Assembly (NCBI GenBank): GCA_946612575.1
Contig: CAMOEU010000001.1
Span: 1-25,922 of the forward strand
Length of the DNA stretch: 25,922 nucleotides
Direction of reading: 5' to 3'
Source: an uncultured Clostridia bacterium
Lineage (GTDB): Bacteria; Bacillota; Clostridia; Christensenellales; UBA1242
In this document: positions 6,202 to 13,132 of the stretch, one piece after another
Layout: every line of letters starts with the position of its first letter
Numbering within the stretch: the first letter of the stretch is position 1
Made by a program: the position numbers and the translations under genes
The notes under the pieces: generated by a model
Told to the model about the DNA's origin: nothing
The model's input: only the letters and a program-made list of their open reading frames with translations
Databases searched by the model: none

Positions 6202-9200
6202 ATGAGAGAAAGGGTTTGTAAAAATTGTGGAGGAAGACAATATAAAGTTGTTGGGCAGAATATGGTCAAATGCCAGTTCTGTGGGACTCTCTATGTGGAT
6301 GAACAAGCCTCAAAAGAAGAAGAAATTTTGCTTGTTTCTGCAAACGAAAAACTTAGAGATGCAAAGTTTGCGGATGCAATTGTAGAGTTTGACAAGATTC
6401 TTTCCATATACCCAAACTCGTTTGAAGCTTTTTTTGGAAAATCTCTCGCCAAGAATAAAATTGTGTTTTACACAAACAAAAAAGGCTCGGGGAAAAGACC
6501 AAGATATTTTGGAGACAAAATCCCACAACTTTCAAATGATGATGATTTTCAATCTGCAATAAACAGTGCTCCTGAAGAAATTGAAAAGGAGTATGGTGAT
6601 ATTGCAAAGAGAGTTGAAAGAGACATAAAAAAATATTGTGAAATTGACAAGTCAAAAGGCTGTGATGTTGTCATTTTCCAAATGAGTGAAGATGGTATTG
6701 ACAAAACAGAAAAACTTGTCAAAAAACTTAATTCAAAAAAAATAGAAACATACTTTTTGCAAGAACTTGAGACAAAAGAAAATGAAGCAGAGACCTTCTA
6801 TGCTCTTTCTTGTGCAAAAGTTTTGCTTGTTGTTGCAAACAAGAAAAATGGATATAACGATAGTGATGTAAAAAATCTTATTGATAGATTCAGATATTTT
6901 ATTTCTCAAAGACAGAAATATTCTATGGGATTTGTTATTGCATATGACAACAATGTCATTGAGAAAGAAAATTTGCCACAAGAACTTGGTTTTTGCAAAA
7001 ATTATGTTGATTTCAATTCCAAAAATTTTGTGGATTATATGACTGCAAACATTGAGACTGTGATTGAAAAAACACCACAGGAAGTTGCAAAAATTGAAAC
7101 AAGAAAAGTTGAAAAAGTTGAACCTATAAAGAAAGAATATGTTGATGTTGAAAACATTACACCAGCCGAACTTGGGCATTATAAAGTTCAAAATGTTGAA
7201 GCGAAAGATGCAATAAAGACAAAGTGGATTTTCCTTAGTTTGAAAAATGCCGATTTTGAAGCGACAGAAAAACTCATTGAAGCCGAACTTGAGAAAGATC
7301 CAAACAATGCCGAAATGCTTTTTGCACAAATGCTTTGTGAAAAAAGATTAAGGACAGCAGGCGAATTTTTTGAAAGCATATCAAATTTTGATAACAAAGA
7401 GAAAATAGACAATATTCTTGCTTACTCTTCAAAAGAGTTTGCTGAGATGTTTGTTGACAACTGGGAAAGACTTATTGAGAGTATTGACAGCGATGATTGC
7501 TACAACACATATCTTCTTTATCTTGCAAAATTTGACACTCCAAACAGAGAACATTTTGTGGAGTGTGCACAAGAAGTTGCTGTTGAGACAATGAATGAAG
7601 AGCTTATTGACAATGTTTTGAAATGCTTCAAAAAAGATGAAGTTGATAAGTATGTTAAGTTTTATTTCGAACTTGCTCAAAAGAGCGACAATCAAAAATA
7701 TTATGACAAAATTCTTGAGATTGACCAAGGTCATAAGCAAAGCAATATGTCGCTGCTACTTAGAAACTTTAAGACAAATCAAGACAAACTTGAATTTAGA
7801 GACAGAGAAAAAATTGAAGATAGCCTAAAATTTTTGGATGATGATGCAAGAAGTCAGTTTGCTTTTGCTGTGATAAATCTTGTTATTCCTGTTGCATTTT
7901 TGGATTTGAAAAAGGCTGAAGAGCAGATTGATTTTTATCTTTCTTATGTTGATCCAAAAAATTATGAAATCCCATACAATATTGCAAAGAAGTTGCTTGA
8001 TGTAAATTCTTTCAGATTGGCTGAAAAATATATCGCTATTGCAATTTCAAGAAATAAAAAAGATGCGACACTTTATTGGGAGCTTTTAAAGATAAAAGCT
8101 CATTGCAAGACTGATGCTGAAGTTGTGACATCTCCAGTTGACTTGACACAATTCCCTGAATGGCAAACTTTGCTGAATTATGCAAACGATGAACAGACAG
8201 AGCAATATGCAGAAATTGTCAGCAAATCACACCTTTATAAAGGCAAAAAGAAGCAGATTGCTGAAGAACTTATTGACAAACAATCAATGATTGAGAAATT
8301 GACTGATTTCTTAAACAGAAACAACAAAATTTTGCTTGAAAATGAAGAAGAAAACGGAATTGTTTCTGTCAAAGGTTGTGAATATTTCAAGATTCAACTT
8401 TCACCATTTGAAGATTATTTAAACATTGTCAAAGATGTTGAAACTTTTGATGATTATGTTGCAATTGCATCACATATTTATCAAAGACTGTTTTTCCTTG
8501 GATTGACACTTGAAAGTTCGGTAAGTTCGATTCAGATAAATGAAAAAGGTGAAGGTCTTAAAAATGTCGAAATTGGAAGAAGTCTTTCTTTAGGTCACAA
8601 AAAACAAAAGAAAATAAAAACAAACAAAACAAAAGAAGAAAGACTTGTTGATCCGGAACTTATTGAAAGAAGAAAGAAATTTTGGAAACTTTTCTTTTTT
8701 GGATTTTTTGAGATTTTCCCTGTTTTGTTTTTGACGATTTTGTTGACAATTAACATAGGTAATTCAAAACTTGTTTATGCTTATTTTTCACAAAAAGCAA
8801 TTCTAATTATGATGCTTTATTCTGTGGTTGTAGGCTTTGGAAATCTGATTTATTATATGCTAAGAAAGAAAAAATTTGCGATAAAGAAAAAGCTTTCATT
8901 GATTTTTCTTATGATATTTGCTTTTTTGAATGTTATTCTTCTTGTAATTGGATTTTATTTGACTGATAATACAATCAGAATTTACAACGGAAATGAATTT
9001 GAAACTTTTGTAAATAATGCAACTTATTCAAATATTGAGATTGAAAATGATATTAATTTCAAAGGAAAGGAAATTTCGGTTGGAGATTTCTATGGAAAAA
9101 TTGATGGAAAAGGTTTTTCGTTAAATAATGTTGCATTGAAACAAACAGAAAACACGGCGATGATCCGTAGCAATTTTGGGACAATCAAAAATCTGAAAAT

Positions 9201-10035
9201 CAATCTTGAAACAAAAACATACAGAAATATTTCAAACTTTGCAGTGATTGCGATAAACAATTATGGAGAGATTATTGGTTGTGAAATTTCTGGAAATGTA
9301 AAAATCTATGCAAAAGATTCATTAAATTGTGGTGGATTCACAACATATCAATGTGCAGGAGAAATAACAGAATGCACTGATAATACAAATATTGAAATTG
9401 CAAACCTGAAAAAAACTGGAAAGCTTGGAAAACTTGCTGCAGTGGTGAGTGGAAAAACAAGTTTTGTAAAAAATGAAACTTATGGAAGTTTCAAAATTTC
9501 TGAAAATGAATGCGAAATGGTGTATTTTGGTGGACTTGCTGGTTATGTTGATGGAGATTTTGAATGCAAATTTGAACAAAATGCCGCAAAAACTGATATA
9601 AATGTAAATGTTTTTTCAAAAAGTTTAACGATTGGTGGGCTTTTTGGTTATTCAACAAAATCAAGCAAAAACAACTATGCCGATTTTAACATTAGTAATG
9701 TAAACACCAACAACGGAAATGTTGGCGGACTTTATGGCGAGTTTGTTTGCTACAATCCGGCTGATGCAATAGCTTTTAGTTATGCGAAGATGAATTTAAG
9801 TATCTCAATGACTGGTCATGTGGGTGGAATTGTCGGTGGAACACACGGAAGCATCAAAAATTGTTTCTTTAAGGCTAATGAGTTATTAAATATTGCTTCA
9901 GGGCAACAAATTGATATGACGACAATTTCAAATTGTATGAGCAATTTGGAAGGATATAAAAAAGCTCTTGGCTTCAGCTCAGAATATTGGAATGGTGTGA
10001 ATGAAGATTCTTCTAATTATCCAACTTTAAAATAA
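6202..10035 (+). CDS. Large membrane receptor-like protein: Zn ribbon - TPR - TIR-like - TPR region - 3 TM - extracellular GLUG-type repeat domain
   Basis: 1277 aa; CKNC...CQFC at the N-terminus; TIR-like segment at ~153-290 ('ALSCAKVLLVV...DVKNLIDRF...LPQEL'); TM helices at ~827-853, 866-887 and 898-920; C-terminal GGLAGY/GGLFGY/GGLYGE/GGIVGG repeats. Confidence 0.7.
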   Translation: MRERVCKNCGGRQYKVVGQNMVKCQFCGTLYVDEQASKEEEILLVSANEKLRDAKFADAIVEFDKILSIYPNSFEAFFGKSLAKNKIVFYTNKKGSGKRPRYFGDKIPQLSNDDDFQSAINSAPEEIEKEYGDIAKRVERDIKKYCEIDKSKGCDVVIFQMSEDGIDKTEKLVKKLNSKKIETYFLQELETKENEAETFYALSCAKVLLVVANKKNGYNDSDVKNLIDRFRYFISQRQKYSMGFVIAYDNNVIEKENLPQELGFCKNYVDFNSKNFVDYMTANIETVIEKTPQEVAKIETRKVEKVEPIKKEYVDVENITPAELGHYKVQNVEAKDAIKTKWIFLSLKNADFEATEKLIEAELEKDPNNAEMLFAQMLCEKRLRTAGEFFESISNFDNKEKIDNILAYSSKEFAEMFVDNWERLIESIDSDDCYNTYLLYLAKFDTPNREHFVECAQEVAVETMNEELIDNVLKCFKKDEVDKYVKFYFELAQKSDNQKYYDKILEIDQGHKQSNMSLLLRNFKTNQDKLEFRDREKIEDSLKFLDDDARSQFAFAVINLVIPVAFLDLKKAEEQIDFYLSYVDPKNYEIPYNIAKKLLDVNSFRLAEKYIAIAISRNKKDATLYWELLKIKAHCKTDAEVVTSPVDLTQFPEWQTLLNYANDEQTEQYAEIVSKSHLYKGKKKQIAEELIDKQSMIEKLTDFLNRNNKILLENEEENGIVSVKGCEYFKIQLSPFEDYLNIVKDVETFDDYVAIASHIYQRLFFLGLTLESSVSSIQINEKGEGLKNVEIGRSLSLGHKKQKKIKTNKTKEERLVDPELIERRKKFWKLFFFGFFEIFPVLFLTILLTINIGNSKLVYAYFSQKAILIMMLYSVVVGFGNLIYYMLRKKKFAIKKKLSLIFLMIFAFLNVILLVIGFYLTDNTIRIYNGNEFETFVNNATYSNIEIENDINFKGKEISVGDFYGKIDGKGFSLNNVALKQTENTAMIRSNFGTIKNLKINLETKTYRNISNFAVIAINNYGEIIGCEISGNVKIYAKDSLNCGGFTTYQCAGEITECTDNTNIEIANLKKTGKLGKLAAVVSGKTSFVKNETYGSFKISENECEMVYFGGLAGYVDGDFECKFEQNAAKTDINVNVFSKSLTIGGLFGYSTKSSKNNYADFNISNVNTNNGNVGGLYGEFVCYNPADAIAFSYAKMNLSISMTGHVGGIVGGTHGSIKNCFFKANELLNIASGQQIDMTTISNCMSNLEGYKKALGFSSEYWNGVNEDSSNYPTLK

Positions 10036-10057
10036 AAACCTTAAATATAAGGTTTTT
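10034..10057 (+). terminator. Intrinsic terminator closing the 7-gene operon
   Basis: AAAAACCTTA-aata-TAAGGTTTTT perfect stem plus T-run, directly at the stop codon. Confidence 0.75.
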
Positions 10058-10067
10058 TATTTTTTAT

Positions 10068-10754
10068 ATGGTCAAAAATCTATATGTGGATTGTGTTTTT
10101 CTCGTTTTTTTAATGATTGGAGCGATAAAAGGTGCTAAAAAGGGTGTTTTTGGCAGTTTTTTCAAGGTTGTAGTTTTTATTTGTTCAACAATAGCTGCGA
10201 TTTTTATCTCAAACAAAATTGTCGAATTGTGGCTTAGTGAAAGTGAGATTGGGGTTTGGCTTGAAAGTCAGATGTCTGCATTTATTAAAAATATATGTAA
10301 AAATGTTGAGACAAAAGAAGATTTTTTAAATTTTTTGCAACAAAAAAACAACATTATTGCAATAATTATGACAAAAATTATTGATAGAATTGAAATTGGA
10401 CAAGGGGATAGTTTTATTGAAACTATTTCTCAAAAAATAACTGTCATACTTGAAAAAGCGGTTGTTTTTATAATTGTTTTTCTTATTGTATATATCTTTT
10501 TGAGAAAAATAACAAGTTTTGCTGGAAAAATATCAAAAATAAGTGTAGTTGGTGGTGTTGATAAAATATTTGGTGTTTTGTTTGGTGTGGCAAAAGCAGC
10601 AATCTTCTTTGGGATTTTCTATTTTGGTGTTGGTGTTTTGTCAAATTTAGTGCAAAATCAAATTTTGACAAACTTAATGCAAAACGACAAAATGGTTAGT
10701 GTTTTATATAATATGGTATATGAAAAAACAATCAGTGTGTTTTTGCCATACTGA
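10068..10754 (+). CDS. cvpA: CvpA family (colicin V production) membrane protein
   Basis: 228 aa; 'VDCVFLVFLMIGAIKGAKKGVFGS' at the N-terminus and 'DKIFGVLFGVAK' near the C-terminus are CvpA family motifs. No clear RBS. Confidence 0.8.
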   Translation: MVKNLYVDCVFLVFLMIGAIKGAKKGVFGSFFKVVVFICSTIAAIFISNKIVELWLSESEIGVWLESQMSAFIKNICKNVETKEDFLNFLQQKNNIIAIIMTKIIDRIEIGQGDSFIETISQKITVILEKAVVFIIVFLIVYIFLRKITSFAGKISKISVVGGVDKIFGVLFGVAKAAIFFGIFYFGVGVLSNLVQNQILTNLMQNDKMVSVLYNMVYEKTISVFLPY

Positions 10755-10758
10755 TTGT

Positions 10759-10986
10759 TTATTTTAGAATATCTACGATTTCGTTTTCGAAATTTATGTT
10801 TTCAAAACATACTATTGATGTTGATGTGATTTCATCATTTTTTCTCTTTAATTCGTTTATTGCATCGTTTTTGTTTGCAATAATTATTGCAGTGATAATA
10901 ATTACGAATAGAAGGATTGGTATAAGTATTATTGATATTTTTTCAAACAAACTAAGATTTTTCCACCAGTTTTTCTTTTCTTCCAT
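10759..10986 (-). CDS. Small single-pass membrane protein in the divIC/FtsB position after yabQ
   Basis: 75 aa; AAGGA RBS; basic N-terminus, one TM helix and a short coiled coil; start overlaps the end of yabQ. Confidence 0.55.
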   Translation of the reverse strand: MEEKKNWWKNLSLFEKISIILIPILLFVIIITAIIIANKNDAINELKRKNDEITSTSIVCFENINFENEIVDILK

Positions 10987-11314
10987 CTTTTCTTTCCTTG
11001 TGATTATTGTAGCACTTGTTTTTTATTTTTGCAACAACTTTTGAAATGATTTGTTTTGTTAATATTGTAAGAAAGAAAAATGTAAACAAATATACTGGTC
11101 GAATTTCTCCATAATTGAAAATCAAGTTTGAAAAATAGAAGATAAGAAATATGAAAAAATATAGCAAAAAATTAAAAAAATTGTTTACGAAATTAAATTT
11201 TTTATTTTTTATTTTAAATAAATTAAAAAAATAAATTAAAAAACCGCTAAAAATGCCTACACAAGCAATTTTCAGCAGTATCAAAAATTGCGATAAAGTT
11301 TGAAATAAAATCAT
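10952..11314 (-). CDS. yabQ: Spore cortex biosynthesis protein YabQ
   Basis: Hydrophobic 120 aa with the YabQ motif 'NYGEIRPVYLF'; ATGA overlap with yabP. Confidence 0.75.
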   Translation of the reverse strand: MILFQTLSQFLILLKIACVGIFSGFLIYFFNLFKIKNKKFNFVNNFFNFLLYFFIFLIFYFSNLIFNYGEIRPVYLFTFFFLTILTKQIISKVVAKIKNKCYNNHKERKDGRKEKLVEKS

Positions 11315-11559
11315 TTAAAAAGCCTTTTTATTATATTTTTCTTTTCATTTTTTTGAGAATATTTTATCGAATTTATTTCACCTTTAAAAACAACTTCATT
11401 GTTTTCAAGATTGAGTTTTGTTATTTCAATGTTCTGTCCCAAAACAATAAGATTTTGATCCTGCATCTCAATGACTGCCTGAGTGTTTGTTGATGACAAA
11501 ACCTTTGTCGCTCCATTGATTGTTAGTTTTGACTTGTCTTCCAAAAGAATTGATTGCAT
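11311..11559 (-). CDS. yabP: YabP/YqfC family sporulation protein
   Basis: 82 aa; AAGGAG RBS; 'LEDKSKLTINGATKVLS...LIVLGQNIEITKLNLENNEVVFKGEINSIKY' pattern; directly upstream of yabQ. Confidence 0.88.
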   Translation of the reverse strand: MQSILLEDKSKLTINGATKVLSSTNTQAVIEMQDQNLIVLGQNIEITKLNLENNEVVFKGEINSIKYSQKNEKKNIIKRLFK

Positions 11560-11575
11560 AATAACTCCTTTTTTC

Positions 11576-11604
11576 TTGTCTGTTTTTGCAGTTTAATGTA
11601 TAAT
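11576..11604 (+). promoter_or_regulatory. Sigma-A promoter of the RluA-family gene (predicted leaderless transcript)
   Basis: TTGTCT (11576-11581), 17 bp spacer, TATAAT (11599-11604); ATG at 11611 is 7 nt downstream. Confidence 0.65.
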
Positions 11605-11610
11605 ATGTAT

Positions 11611-12423
11611 ATGAACAAAAAAGAGATAATAGTAAAGAAAAACTCAAAAATATCAGTTTTGCTTCAAGATTTTGGATTTTCATATTCTGATGTAAACAAA
11701 ATTTTGAGAGAAAAAGATGTAAAAATAAACGGAAAAGCAACAAAAGAAAACTTATCAGTTTGTGCTGGAGATGTTTTGACGGTTTTTTACACTGATGATA
11801 TGATAGAAAAAAAGTATGAAACAGTGTTTGAAAGTGAAAATGTGCTGATTGTATATAAGAATCAAGGTATTGAAACAGATGGCGAAAATGGTCTTGCAAA
11901 AAAATTGGGTGTTAAAGCTGTTCATAGACTTGATAGAAACACTGAAGGACTTGTGATTTTTGCAAAAAATAATGTCAGTGAAGAAAAGTTGTTAAATGTT
12001 TTTAAGAAACGACTTGTTCACAAGTATTATGTTGCTGAAGTTGTTGGGGAATTTGATGTTAAAAACACACAGTTCGATGCTTATCTTGTTAAAGATAGTG
12101 ACAAATCTTTTGTGAAAATATACAAAAATCGTGTTCCGAATTCAGTTTTGATTAAAACTTGTGTTGATACAATAAAATGCGGGAAGCAATCGAGTTTGGT
12201 TAAAGTCGAACTTCTCACTGGAAAAACTCACCAAATAAGGGCTCATCTTGCATATTTAGGTCACCCAATAATTGGAGATGGAAAATATGGGAAGGAAAGC
12301 GATAACAAAAAATTTAACCAAACAAAACAAAAACTTGCTTGCTTTTGTTTGAAATTTGATGAAGTGGGAATAAAAGAGATAGATAATAAAAGTTTTACTA
12401 GAAAACCAAAGTGGTATATATAG
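11611..12423 (+). CDS. RluA/RluC/RluD family rRNA pseudouridine synthase with N-terminal S4-like domain
   Basis: Catalytic motif HRLDRNTEGL and 'LLTGKTHQIRAHLAYLGHPIIGDGKYG'. Start moved to ATG 11611 because the longer ORF start (11554) overlaps the divergent yabP. Confidence 0.92.
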   Translation: MNKKEIIVKKNSKISVLLQDFGFSYSDVNKILREKDVKINGKATKENLSVCAGDVLTVFYTDDMIEKKYETVFESENVLIVYKNQGIETDGENGLAKKLGVKAVHRLDRNTEGLVIFAKNNVSEEKLLNVFKKRLVHKYYVAEVVGEFDVKNTQFDAYLVKDSDKSFVKIYKNRVPNSVLIKTCVDTIKCGKQSSLVKVELLTGKTHQIRAHLAYLGHPIIGDGKYGKESDNKKFNQTKQKLACFCLKFDEVGIKEIDNKSFTRKPKWYI

Positions 12424-12440
12424 AACCATTTTGGTTTTTT
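12402..12440 (+). terminator. Intrinsic terminator of the RluA-family gene
   Basis: AAAACCAAAGTGGT-loop-ACCATTTTGGTTTT stem (one G:U pair) plus T-run, spanning the stop codon. Confidence 0.7.
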
Positions 12441-12456
12441 CTTCATATATGTTTAT

Positions 12457-12924
12457 ATGAAAAATGAGTTTTATAAAGAAAATTCTTATTACCAAGGGCT
12501 GTTGCAAAATTTTTATGGTGGCAAAAGTGGATGTTTTTGTGCTTTTATGACATTTTTTTATCAATATGAACAAAGTTTGATTTTCAATGAAAATTTGAGT
12601 GTTATGTTTGAAAAATTGTATAATGTCGAGCTTGAAAATTGTGTGATTTTGAGCAGAATTTTGTTAAAAACTGGTTCCGATAACAAATTTTTCTCAAGCG
12701 GAAGAAAATTTTTGTCTGGATATGATGTTGATTACACAAAAAACTTTTCACAAATGTTTTTGAATGATATCGAACTTCTTGAAGTGGGTGTTGTTGAAGC
12801 AAAAAGTATCATTCTCAAGATTGAAAATCTAAACACGAGAGCAGAATTGAAGAAAATTTTGGAAAATAAAAAGAAAGAATTGAAAATTTTGAGAGAAAAT
12901 TATTTGAAATTAAATTTAATTTAA
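12457..12924 (+). CDS. Ferritin-like / Mn-catalase (CotJC-like) fold protein with degenerate metal ligands
   Basis: 155 aa; pattern 'YYQGLLQNFYGG...FFYQ...VELENCVILSRILLKTG...VDYTKNFSQMFLNDIELLE...KIEN...LKKILENKKKE' follows clostridial four-helix ferritin-like spore proteins. Confidence 0.6.
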   Translation: MKNEFYKENSYYQGLLQNFYGGKSGCFCAFMTFFYQYEQSLIFNENLSVMFEKLYNVELENCVILSRILLKTGSDNKFFSSGRKFLSGYDVDYTKNFSQMFLNDIELLEVGVVEAKSIILKIENLNTRAELKKILENKKKELKILRENYLKLNLI

Positions 12925-12934
12925 AAATTGTTAA

Positions 12935-12958
12935 AAATTCGCATTTTTGCGATTTTTT
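12935..12958 (+). terminator. Weak intrinsic terminator after the ferritin-like gene
   Basis: TCGCA-tttt-TGCGA stem flanked by A- and T-runs. Confidence 0.45.
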
Positions 12959-13060
12959 ATTATTTTTTGAAGTGTTTTTTCGCCGTTAATACAGCAATTT
13001 TCAAATTTTTGTGAATTATTTTGTTTTATTTAATTTATTAAATAATTTATTTATTTTTGT

Positions 13061-13090
13061 TTGATAAATTTGTGACAAAAGTGTTAAAAT
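13061..13090 (+). promoter_or_regulatory. Putative sigma-A promoter of the giant lipoprotein gene
   Basis: TTGATA (13061-13066), 18 bp spacer, TGt-TAAAAT (13085-13090); GAGGTG RBS at 13120-13125. Confidence 0.55.
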
Positions 13091-13132
13091 ATTTTTGTAA
13101 TTATAAGAGTTGGAAAGTTGAGGTGAATTCTT

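Noticed and set aside
6658-7070. Thoeris/TIR NADase anti-phage system
   Set aside because: The catalytic Glu appears replaced and no SIR2/Macro/SLOG effector gene is present. A defence role for the operon is not excluded, but it is not this known system.
11554-11610. Longer N-terminus of the RluA ORF (start 11554)
   Set aside because: It overlaps the divergent yabP start and the promoter; the S4-like domain begins at Met 11611.
12925-13132. Very AT-rich 208-bp intergenic region as an ncRNA, riboswitch or origin
   Set aside because: Only a weak terminator and a promoter are evident; no conserved riboswitch motif or DnaA-box cluster seen.
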